A stretch of DNA of 46,136 nucleotides. It comes from a virus. The number at the start of each line of letters is the position of its first letter. The first letter of the stretch is position 1. This document shows, piece by piece, positions 22,258 to 29,693 of this stretch. Made by a program: the position numbers and the translations under genes. Under the pieces are notes generated by a model that did no database searches, was not told where the DNA came from, and saw only the letters and a program-made list of their open reading frames with translations. The stretch lies in the IMG/VR virus record IMGVR_UViG_3300029435_000010, positions 1-46,136 of that record; one strand, given 5' to 3'.

Positions 22258-22491
22258 TTACGGAAGTGCCTCTATGAAGCACTGGATGTTCTTCGCGACC
22301 GCCTCGTACTTGTCAGGCGTGCGCACTTTCGACAGTACATAGGGGTCTGTGAACATGTAGAAGCTGAGCGCAGCGGCGAACGCTCTGCAATCAACGCTGA
22401 GCCGGCAAATGTCTTCGGCGGTCGGCTTCTTGATGCCGAGGCCGAGGAAGTACCCAGCGGCGAAGGTCTCAAAGTCTTTGATTTTTTGCAT
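22258..22491 (-). CDS. Hypothetical protein
   Basis: Start MQKIKDFETF at 22491, just downstream of a terminator hairpin. Weak RBS. Confidence 0.4.
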   Translation of the reverse strand: MQKIKDFETFAAGYFLGLGIKKPTAEDICRLSVDCRAFAAALSFYMFTDPYVLSKVRTPDKYEAVAKNIQCFIEALP

Positions 22492-22504
22492 GATGTTCAG
22501 ACAA

Positions 22505-22533
22505 CAAAAAAGCCCCCGGCGCGAGCCGAGGGC
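22505..22533 (-). terminator. Terminator hairpin (GCCCCCGG...CCGAGGGC family)
   Basis: On the minus strand, a GCCCTCGGCTCGCGCCGGGGGC stem is followed by TTTTTTG. Confidence 0.65.
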
Positions 22534-22677
22534 TAGAAAAAGCAAAGCCCCGAAGGTTTTCACCGACGGGGCTGAAATGTCGCTACGGTCGATTGCAATC
22601 TCGGTTCCGTAGAGGCCTTCCCTAGGAAAGGACTTTAAACGAGTCTGGCGAACCAGACTGTGCCACTTCAGAAGCTA

Positions 22678-23145
22678 TCACAGAATGTCCCTGAAGTCAA
22701 ATACTTGGAAGGTGCCGTTTTCAACCTTTACTGAGCCTGTGACGCCGTATCCTGCGAGAATTCCCGTGAAGATTTCGCACATGGTACCGGCGGGCAAAGT
22801 CAGATAGTTGTATTCGCGCTTCCCATCCTCGCCATCTTTGCATAGAAGCGGAAGTGAAAGGCGCTTGTAGCTCAGCGTGTAAAGCATGTCACACTTGGCC
22901 CAGCACTTTAAGTCTTGGTACGCTGGAGAAATCGGCGTACAAAGATTGATCTCAACGCTGTACGGTCGTTTTACCATGGGTTCTGTTGTGCTCAATGGAA
23001 CTACCGTGGTGTATCCGAAGCGATTCCTGTCCTTGGGTGAAATGCACACCACGGGGCGTCGCTTGACCATTTCGGGCTTTTCCAAATCCTTCGGGAAATC
23101 GCAGATCAAGATTTGACCGACTGCCGGCTGAAAACGGATAGGCAT
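22678..23145 (-). CDS. PemK/MazF-fold (YifN-like) protein, toxin-like moron candidate
   Basis: N-terminus GQILICDFPKDLEKPEMVKRRPVVCISP...TVVPLST resembles the PemK/MazF-superfamily pattern. Confidence 0.5.
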   Translation of the reverse strand: MPIRFQPAVGQILICDFPKDLEKPEMVKRRPVVCISPKDRNRFGYTTVVPLSTTEPMVKRPYSVEINLCTPISPAYQDLKCWAKCDMLYTLSYKRLSLPLLCKDGEDGKREYNYLTLPAGTMCEIFTGILAGYGVTGSVKVENGTFQVFDFRDIL

Positions 23146-23235
23146 GCAAATTTGTCCTTGGCAAAGTGAGATGCAATCAATTGTACGTGAAAGCCCATTC
23201 AGGTGCCCTCGATTTGGTGGCCATTTGTCGTTCCG

Positions 23236-23436
23236 TCACTTCTCGTGATCTTGACCGCGTTGAGGCAACTCTGATTCAGCGGTACCGTCCTCGTTGCAAC
23301 GAAGTGGTTCCCCGCTAACGGGACAAATTACTGCATCGAACGCCGTCCACGCTGCGGCGATTGCGTAAATCAAACGCACGTCGTCGTACGTGGTTGGCGT
23401 TACCACCAGGCGCTTGTCGATTATTTCAACATCCAT
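23236..23436 (-). CDS. Hypothetical small protein (possible partner of the PemK-like protein)
   Basis: ATG 23436 (MDVEIIDKR) is preceded by AAGGAG. 66 aa, upstream of the PemK-like gene. Confidence 0.45.
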   Translation of the reverse strand: MDVEIIDKRLVVTPTTYDDVRLIYAIAAAWTAFDAVICPVSGEPLRCNEDGTAESELPQRGQDHEK

Positions 23437-23903
23437 TGTTATCTCCTTTCGAAAACCCATCTAAGCTCTCTCTGCGGAAAGGGCTTAGATCGGCTTTCGA
23501 TCAGGTCGCGGCTGCGCATCGTCTGCGCTCAGGCCGCTCGGGGCTAACATGCCCTCTGTCCGAAGACTGATCCTGATCTAGCTCGTGGGGCGAGCTTGCG
23601 TCGTTTTCAGGTGGTCCCCAACCCAACCGCACTGGAAGATACCCTCCAGCCGTCCTGCGTACTTTTCATACACGACCTTTGCGACTACCGTTCCGTCGCG
23701 TGATGCGCTCCCGACAGACCCTTCTGTCCAGGATCGCACCCGTTTGGCGGGCGGTCCCCGACGCGCTACGTGAGCGCACCGAGATTCGAAGAAAGGGCCG
23801 ATAAACGGTTCGTTGTCTTCGTATACGTGAAGTATATACGATGAGTGTACGCGTTGCACATGGTTCGTTTATAGGGATAACCCTTGGTTGTGTACGGGAG
23901 GTA

Positions 23904-23928
23904 CAAAAAAAGCCCCGAGGTGGGGCTT
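23904..23928 (-). terminator. Rho-independent terminator after the repressor gene
   Basis: On the minus strand, AGCCCCACCTCGGGGCT is followed by TTTTTTT. Confidence 0.7.
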
Positions 23929-23954
23929 TGTGAGTTTGTATGTGGGGGAGCTTG

Positions 23955-24623
23955 TTATGCCTTGCGGATGTTGCAAGTCGTCACAACGCGACCTCGGACT
24001 GCGAACCCATGCTCGAGATCTTCGGGTTCAAGTGTGTAGGCTTTGTACATCGGGTTGTCGCTGATGATGTGGAACTTGCGACCAATACGCTGGACGCGCT
24101 TCACATAGAGGCTGTCATCAAGCGAGAAGGCGAACATCGAGTCCGTGTAGAAGCTTTCTACGCTTCTGTCGATGATGACGAAGTCGCCGTCCTGCAGCGT
24201 TGGCTCCATGCTATCGCCGTTGACGATGATGAGGTTCAGGCAATTTGGGTTTACGTCCCCGCAATTCCTTGTGATCCAGGACCTATTGACCTGCATGACC
24301 TCTACGACCGCCGCATTCGGGTTAAGCGATTCATTGATGCCGCAGGAGGCTCGCACATTTAGTAGCGGAATGCACACGGTGTTCTCGCAGACAATCGACT
24401 GGTGCATCGTAGAGTCTTCAGAGCCAGTAATAAGCCATGACGGGGAGACTCGAAGTACTTGGCACATTCGGGCGACTTCTTCAACTCCGGGGCGGTTTCG
24501 TCCACTGAACCACGCAGACACCGCCTGCGGACTTACTTCGATCTGCCTTGCAAAGGCTGCCTGTGAGATGTCCCGCTCTTGCAAGATCAAGCGGACTCGA
24601 TCCATAAGTGAGGTGATTGACAT
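23955..24623 (-). CDS. CI-type repressor (XRE HTH plus S24 LexA-like peptidase domain)
   Basis: Start MSITSLMDRV at 24623 follows AAGGAG. HTH ISQAAFARQIEVSPQAVSAW. S24 motifs GDSMEPT and YVKRV. Confidence 0.9.
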   Translation of the reverse strand: MSITSLMDRVRLILQERDISQAAFARQIEVSPQAVSAWFSGRNRPGVEEVARMCQVLRVSPSWLITGSEDSTMHQSIVCENTVCIPLLNVRASCGINESLNPNAAVVEVMQVNRSWITRNCGDVNPNCLNLIIVNGDSMEPTLQDGDFVIIDRSVESFYTDSMFAFSLDDSLYVKRVQRIGRKFHIISDNPMYKAYTLEPEDLEHGFAVRGRVVTTCNIRKA

Positions 24624-24729
24624 ATTGAGCTCCTTTGTGTTTCGCACAGTGTACGCGACATTCACGTATCGTACATTGGTTCTTGGAGATGCGCTATACT
24701 CCACGTATACAAACATAATGGAGAGTGTA
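24624..24729. promoter_or_regulatory. Divergent immunity promoter/operator region
   Basis: Lies between divergent repressor and cro-like genes. TATACT at 24695. GTGTACGCG, CACGTATCGTAC and CACGTATAC motifs also recur at 23821..23853. Confidence 0.55.
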
Positions 24730-24993
24730 ATGGATACGTTTACGGTTGCCGTGGATCGTGCAGGGTCGCTTGCGGAGCTGTGCCGTCGATTGAGCGACGT
24801 GCCAGGATTCCCGAAGGTGACGCCTCAGATCTTCTCTGGATGGCGTCGACGCAACCAGATCCCTGAAGGGCGCGTCTGGCAGGTGTCGTTCGCCACTGGC
24901 ATCCCGCCTTGGGAGATCCGCCCCGACCTGTACGACCGACCTGAAGACTATCTGGCCAAGGTTTCAAAGGCCGCCGGCAAGTCGATCGAGTGA
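24730..24993 (+). CDS. Cro-like / YdaS-family HTH regulator
   Basis: ATG 24730 follows GGAGAG (alternative ATG at 24718). ...GSLAELCRRL...QIFSGWRRRNQIPEGRVWQVSFATGIPPWEIRPDLY resembles the YdaS/Cro pattern. Confidence 0.7.
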   Translation: MDTFTVAVDRAGSLAELCRRLSDVPGFPKVTPQIFSGWRRRNQIPEGRVWQVSFATGIPPWEIRPDLYDRPEDYLAKVSKAAGKSIE

Positions 24994-25000
24994 GGCCGTC

Positions 25001-25870
25001 ATGAGCTATGACGCGGAAAGGTGGGCGCGTAGCCAGAAGGTTGGCAATGCTTCTGCGAAGTTTGTGCTGATTGAGTTGGCGAGCGCGCTCAACCGGAACG
25101 ACTCTGAGTGCTATCCGAGCATCGATACCTTGGAAGAAGTCACTGAGTTGAACCGCAAGACTGTTATCGCTTCGACCAAGCTTCTCGAAGAAAAGGGCTT
25201 CATCAAGAAGCGCCGCACCTTCGAGAACGGGAAGCAACGCATCTACTACTCGTTCCCCATGTTCAATCCTTCGGAATGGGCGTTGAAGCAAAGTTCCAAA
25301 AACGGGACTTTAGAAAGTACCGAAAACGGTACTTTGCTGGACCAAAGTACCAAATCTGGGACTTTCCAAAGTACCGAAAACGGTACTACCGAAAGTTCCA
25401 AAAACGGGACTTTAGAAAGTACCGTTTTTGGGCCTGTAACAAGGAATAAGAACAAGGAAAAGGAACAAGGAATAGGAACAAGGAGTGTCGCTCCGTCACC
25501 CGATCATTTTCCCGACGCCACGAAAAAGATCGAGGAGCCGAAGCCGAAGCGCACGACAACAGACAGGGGATCGCGACTAACGATCACTGAACTACCAGAC
25601 GACTGGAAGGCTTTCGCCGAACAGGAAGAACCTGACCTTGATCCTAAGCGTCTCTTTGAAAACTTCAAGGATTACTGGAACGGACTCTCTGGAGCTAAGG
25701 CAATCAAAAAGGACTGGAAGGGCACTTGGAGAAACTTCGTCCGCAGCTTCCATAACGCCGAAGACTGGAAACGTCGACCGATGCTCAAACGTGCACCTAC
25801 TCACTCACCTTCTCGACCCGGTCAGTTCGTCGAGAAAAAACAATCCGAACGTGACTACTTTGACTGGTAA
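25001..25870 (+). CDS. Replication initiator (winged-HTH, O-like) containing the origin iterons
   Basis: N-terminal HTH FVLIELASALNRNDSECYPSIDTLEEVTELNRKTVIASTKLLEEKGFI. Internal nucleotide repeats. Followed by the helicase loader. Confidence 0.75.
   Translation: MSYDAERWARSQKVGNASAKFVLIELASALNRNDSECYPSIDTLEEVTELNRKTVIASTKLLEEKGFIKKRRTFENGKQRIYYSFPMFNPSEWALKQSSKNGTLESTENGTLLDQSTKSGTFQSTENGTTESSKNGTLESTVFGPVTRNKNKEKEQGIGTRSVAPSPDHFPDATKKIEEPKPKRTTTDRGSRLTITELPDDWKAFAEQEEPDLDPKRLFENFKDYWNGLSGAKAIKKDWKGTWRNFVRSFHNAEDWKRRPMLKRAPTHSPSRPGQFVEKKQSERDYFDW
25290..25487. repeat. Candidate replication origin: iterons plus a purine-rich AACAAGGA repeat tract
   Basis: A 33-bp direct repeat lies at 25290..25322 and 25392..25424. 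The palindrome AGTACCGAAAACGGTACT lies at 25316 and 25370. Four [A/G]AACAAGGA units occupy 25437..25485. Confidence 0.65.
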
Positions 25871-25873
25871 ACA

Positions 25874-26734
25874 ATGACTACTGACATCACCACAAAACTC
25901 AAGACGGCCTTTGCCGCCCCCGCTTCGAAGGAGGTTACGTTCGAATGCCAGATTCACGGCGTCCAGACGTACACCACCTATCAGCGTCGCGACGGCTCTT
26001 GGGCTGAGCCGTACTGTCCGGAATGTCGACGAATTGAGAAGGAGCGCAACACGCTGCTTGCAGAGATGCAGGCGGACGCGAAAGAGCGCGCCGTTGGATT
26101 GACTCGTGCGCTTCACTGCGAAAGGCCGCTGGACTTCGACGTGCCTTGCTTCGCCAACTATCAACCTGAGACGCAGGAAGAAGAGCGCAACCTGTCCATC
26201 TGCCGCCGCTTTGCCGAGCGGTTCACGGAACGTGAGCTTGAGCGAGAGAGGGCGCATAACGCACAGGAACCGGATTGGCGCTCTAAAAACTCCATGGGTC
26301 TTCTGCTCTTCGGCAACTATGGCACGGGCAAGACGCACCTCGCCTACTCGATCCTGAAAGAGCTCGATCGTCAGGGGCTGCCTGGGTACTACATCACCAT
26401 TCCAAATCTTTTTTATCGCATCTCAGATCGCGTCAATCGCATTGACGTTGCTGACGTTCTTGGAAAGCTCTGCATGGTGTCCTGCCTCGTACTTGACGAA
26501 ATTGGCGTGCAGTCCGGTGATGCAGACGAGAAGAAGTGTCTCTACCAGATCATTGATGGTCGCATTAAAAACGGTCGCCCAACCATTCTCGTCACGAACC
26601 TCGACCGCTCCGAATTGGAAAACCTTTTGACTGAACGCGTAATTTCTCGCGTCATCCAGTCGTCTTACAGGCTTTTCTTTACCGGCCGTTGCCGACGTGA
26701 ACAGCCCCACCTTCCTGCAGAGGAGGTGTTCTGA
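25874..26734 (+). CDS. DnaC/IstB-like helicase loader ATPase
   Basis: Walker A GNYGTGKTHL and Walker B LVLDEIG. N-terminal Cys pairs CQIHG...CPEC. Confidence 0.8.
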   Translation: MTTDITTKLKTAFAAPASKEVTFECQIHGVQTYTTYQRRDGSWAEPYCPECRRIEKERNTLLAEMQADAKERAVGLTRALHCERPLDFDVPCFANYQPETQEEERNLSICRRFAERFTERELERERAHNAQEPDWRSKNSMGLLLFGNYGTGKTHLAYSILKELDRQGLPGYYITIPNLFYRISDRVNRIDVADVLGKLCMVSCLVLDEIGVQSGDADEKKCLYQIIDGRIKNGRPTILVTNLDRSELENLLTERVISRVIQSSYRLFFTGRCRREQPHLPAEEVF

Positions 26735-26985
26735 TGGATCAGACAGTTTTGACGGTTGAATATATGAACGAAAGAAACAGAGCCTTGACCAAGGCAGGTG
26801 AGGGCATTGTCGCCGCTCGCAAGAGCCTCGATCAACTCGAAGAAGCCCTGAGAGGAACCGTCTCGGGCAAGTTTCCCGATATCGGCCATGTGGCAGACAC
26901 GACGCACAGGCTTCGTGAAGAGATCGACCAGATTCTGATCGGCCTGGTTGAGTCGAGCATGGTTAAGCCAGAAAGGAGGCTTTGA
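26734..26985 (+). CDS. Hypothetical protein
   Basis: 83-aa ORF with a GGAGG RBS. Confidence 0.6.
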   Translation: MDQTVLTVEYMNERNRALTKAGEGIVAARKSLDQLEEALRGTVSGKFPDIGHVADTTHRLREEIDQILIGLVESSMVKPERRL

Positions 26986-27257
26986 TGATCCTCGATGAGT
27001 TCACCGGACGCAACTGCAAGCGCACCGAATACATCGACGCCCGCGGACGGCACTGGATCGTGCGCACGGACCCAGTGTTCGTAGAACGCCGACTCACTGG
27101 CTACGAGACGACACTGCTGCTCCAGCTCGAGCACCGCAACTCGCCGTGCCGACGCGCCGCCAGCGCTACAAAAGAGCGCGCGCTCATGAAGCACGACGGC
27201 TTCATCGCACGGCTACGGCGCGAAGACGCTAAGTCTATTCAACAGGAGGAAATCTGA
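26982..27257 (+). CDS. Hypothetical protein
   Basis: 91-aa ORF with an AAGGAGG RBS and a 4-nt overlap. Confidence 0.6.
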   Translation: MMILDEFTGRNCKRTEYIDARGRHWIVRTDPVFVERRLTGYETTLLLQLEHRNSPCRRAASATKERALMKHDGFIARLRREDAKSIQQEEI

Positions 27258-27538
27258 TGGACTGGACCGTGATCCTTTTGTCGGTCGGCTGTATCGGCAA
27301 CAGCGTGGGCGTCGTTTGTTTGGCCGTGACCATCTGGATGCTCAATCGAAATCAGAGGGCTATGTGGGAAGAGATTCTGCGCTTGAAGAATCGCCATCTC
27401 CAACCGAGCGTCAACTCTACTGACGGTGGCGTATCGGAGTCAGGCAGGAGAGAAAAGGACATGGAGCAAGGCGCGCACGACGGCGGCAACAGAACGTCAA
27501 TGTCTGCGGACTTTGAAAATCTTTCGAAAGGTATCTGA
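27257..27538 (+). CDS. Hypothetical membrane protein
   Basis: 93 aa with an AGGAGG RBS. N-terminal TM segment VILLSVGCIGNSVGVVCLAVTIW. Confidence 0.55.
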   Translation: MDWTVILLSVGCIGNSVGVVCLAVTIWMLNRNQRAMWEEILRLKNRHLQPSVNSTDGGVSESGRREKDMEQGAHDGGNRTSMSADFENLSKGI

Positions 27539-27792
27539 CCTTTCCATAGGAGAACGTCCATGTGTGAACTGATTTTCAAAAGCCGCATCCCTTTGACGCG
27601 AACGGTCGTCACGTGGCAGTTCGGGAGGTTGCTAGAAACGAAAAGGGTCAAACACAGAACCTTTCCATGTTTACTGACAGAAGCGTTTTGTATGAATGGG
27701 GGTTGAAGTGTCATTAAAACCAATACGCCTGTAATGGCGGCAACTGAGCCGGCTATTGCGCCGACTAAGGACAAGAAAAGACCTAAATCCAT
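27352..27792 (-). CDS. Hypothetical membrane-anchored protein on the opposite strand (moron candidate)
   Basis: GGAGGG RBS before ATG 27792. N-terminal TM segment LFLSLVGAIAGSVAAITGVLVLM. The 3' end overlaps 27257..27538 by 187 nt. Confidence 0.45.
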   Translation of the reverse strand: MDLGLFLSLVGAIAGSVAAITGVLVLMTLQPPFIQNASVSKHGKVLCLTLFVSSNLPNCHVTTVRVKGMRLLKISSHMDVLLWKGQIPFERFSKSADIDVLLPPSCAPCSMSFSLLPDSDTPPSVELTLGWRWRFFKRRISSHIAL

Positions 27793-27901
27793 GATTCCCT
27801 CCGTGAGGTGGTTGATGGTTTGTCTGGGGAGACAACCTCAATCTTCTCACGGGGGATCCGGAGAGGTAACGAGAATGACAGCGCGATAAAAGGAGAAAAG
27901 G

Positions 27902-28141
27902 ATGAGATGGGATATCAAGGGCTTCGACCAGTACGAAGTCGACGAGGCAGGGCAAGTCTGGGCCAAGCCGCAAAAGCGCCGATTCGGCAACAGCTGTCGC
28001 CTGATCCCCGAAAAGCCACTCAAGCTCGAAAGGGCGGGCACGTGGCAGATGCGGAAGGCGGGCCTGCCACAGCGCCTGCGCCCCGACGAAATTGAACAAC
28101 TCAAAATCGCAAAAGGAGAAACCGATGCAACCCACTCGTAG
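27902..28141 (+). CDS. Small protein with a NUMOD4-like N-terminal motif
   Basis: WDIKGFDQYEVDEAGQVW resembles the NUMOD4 motif of homing-endonuclease-associated proteins. No nuclease domain is present. Confidence 0.45.
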   Translation: MRWDIKGFDQYEVDEAGQVWAKPQKRRFGNSCRLIPEKPLKLERAGTWQMRKAGLPQRLRPDEIEQLKIAKGETDATHS

Positions 28142-28415
28142 CACTCGCATGTCTGAAATCAAGGACGAGGACTTTGAGCCGATCGAGAAGGACGGGAAGC
28201 TCAATGCCCCCAAAATCGGCGAGCGATGCCTTTTCCTGCTCAGAGCCTGGCACGGGCGTCCGGTCAAGAGCTTCAGGGTCTTCGGATATCGGGAGGACGA
28301 TGCGCTCATCTACGTACCTCTCTACAAGCAAAGCCTGTCGCTCCTGAACGTCAAGGGCTGGATCAGCGCAGGCGGTGAGCCGTTCTACAACGGACGCTTT
28401 GGAGGCGCGAAATGA
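28125..28415 (+). CDS. Hypothetical protein
   Basis: ATG 28125 follows AAAGGAG. 96 aa. Confidence 0.5.
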   Translation: MQPTRSTRMSEIKDEDFEPIEKDGKLNAPKIGERCLFLLRAWHGRPVKSFRVFGYREDDALIYVPLYKQSLSLLNVKGWISAGGEPFYNGRFGGAK

Positions 28416-28651
28416 CCAGTCTCTTCACGCCTGACGAACTACCGCGCGTGGCTAAAACGCTCAAGACGCTCGAGACGACCATCGACGCGATCGTTTGTGC
28501 AGATGAAAGCCAGCACGTGAGAAATCACTCATGGGATCGCTTGGACAACCGCAAGCGCGTCAAGCAGGCTCTTCGCGCCGCAAAGCATCAGGCCGACTCC
28601 ATGCTCCGACTGATGGAGCGCACAGACCTCGAGAGGCTCGCACATGAATAA
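28412..28651 (+). CDS. Hypothetical protein
   Basis: 79-aa ORF with a GGAGG RBS. Confidence 0.55.
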   Translation: MTSLFTPDELPRVAKTLKTLETTIDAIVCADESQHVRNHSWDRLDNRKRVKQALRAAKHQADSMLRLMERTDLERLAHE

Positions 28652-28988
28652 ACGCGTACTCGCACTCGGGCGCATGAAGGCCGGCGCTATGAACAAGACA
28701 GAGGCGGCCTACGCACAGAAGCTTGAGCTTCACAAGCGGGCGGGTGAAGTCCTGTGGTACGCCTTCGAGGGTGTCACGCTCAAGTTGGCCGACGGCTGCC
28801 GATACACGCCAGACTTCGCTGTCATGCTTGCGGACGGCGTTATTGAGATGCACGAGGTCAAGGGCTACTGGACTGAAGATGCACGGGCAAAGATCAAGGT
28901 CGCAGCGAACAAGTTCCCGTTCCGTTTCGTCGCGGTCTACAAGCAAGCGAAAAAGGACGGTGGCGGTTGGAGGATTGAGGAGTTCTGA
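28644..28988 (+). CDS. DUF1064-like PD-(D/E)XK nuclease (resolvase-like)
   Basis: NKTEAAYAQKLEL...YTPDFAV...EVKGYWTEDARAKIKVAA fits the DUF1064 pattern (D...E-x-K). Confidence 0.6.
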   Translation: MNKRVLALGRMKAGAMNKTEAAYAQKLELHKRAGEVLWYAFEGVTLKLADGCRYTPDFAVMLADGVIEMHEVKGYWTEDARAKIKVAANKFPFRFVAVYKQAKKDGGGWRIEEF

Positions 28989-29392
28989 TGATCACGAAAG
29001 AGCAAGAACAGCGTTTGCGAAACTGGGCGCGAGCAAACCGCGAATGCCCTCTGGCAAAGAAAGGCGCAACACTGGTTTTCTGCGAGTCACTTCGGTACTA
29101 CTACGATCGCCAGCCGGAAGAGGACGAGCAACCCCCAATCAAACGATCCATTCCCACTGCAAAAGGCATAGACCTGGCAGATGCCGATCTACTGGATGAG
29201 GCTTACCGAGACAGGCAACTGACTAATGTCTACCGAAACCTCCTAAGGCTCTACTACTGCTGTTTCACTTCTCCAAGCGTGATCGAACAGAAACTTTCAC
29301 TTGGACAGAAAACCTTCCTAATGCACAAGGAAAGAGCGGTGGCAAAGTTTTTCGAGATTGTCGATTCTCTTGAGGAAAACGTGCTAAAATAG
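28988..29392 (+). CDS. Hypothetical protein; late-gene regulator (Q-like) candidate by position only
   Basis: 134 aa. Last gene of the early-right operon, followed by a 300-nt untranslated region with a terminator and then the late genes. Confidence 0.35.
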   Translation: MITKEQEQRLRNWARANRECPLAKKGATLVFCESLRYYYDRQPEEDEQPPIKRSIPTAKGIDLADADLLDEAYRDRQLTNVYRNLLRLYYCCFTSPSVIEQKLSLGQKTFLMHKERAVAKFFEIVDSLEENVLK

Positions 29393-29533
29393 CGAGGTAT
29401 TGATAGAGCAGTTGGCTCTCGGTTTGACTCCGCAGCTCCCGAAATGGGAGCTTTGTCATGTCCGAAAGAAACGAACCCGCAAGCGAAAGCAAGCGTTTCA
29501 GAGCTGACGCTAGCTTGAGTTAAGATGTAATTG

Positions 29534-29563
29534 AGCCCGTGGTGAAGAACTGCGGGCTTTTTT
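29534..29563 (+). terminator. Terminator in the pre-late untranslated region
   Basis: AGCCCG pairs with CGGGCT and is followed by TTTTT. Confidence 0.5.
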
Positions 29564-29693
29564 CGTTTACAACACCGCGCACGCCTCTCAACGATGCGCA
29601 ACCCGCGCGGTTTCCATTCGCTACCTTAGGTCAGTTTGCTCTAAGGCCTGGGTGGGGAGAAATCCTCGCCCTCTCTAATTCCTTGGGTTACCT

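Noticed and set aside
23578-23859. 93-aa minus-strand ORF as a gene.
   Set aside because: It lacks an RBS, its start lies inside or upstream of the operator-like motifs, and its composition suggests non-coding GC-rich sequence. It is retained only as part of an unexplained region.
24172-24729. Long form (273 aa) of the cro-like ORF, and the long form of the repressor up to 24716.
   Set aside because: The extensions run antisense through the repressor gene and across the operator region. Internal starts with AAGGAG and GGAGAG RBSs (24623 minus, 24730 plus) give normal-size HTH proteins.
25290-25487. The repeat array as a CRISPR array.
   Set aside because: The repeats lie in frame inside a replication gene, are heterogeneous in unit and spacing, and no cas genes are present. 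An iteron/origin interpretation fits better.
29393-29693. Possible tRNA or small ORF in the pre-late gap.
   Set aside because: No cloverleaf can be drawn from the hairpins and no ORF with an RBS is present. The region is kept only as a putative regulatory leader.
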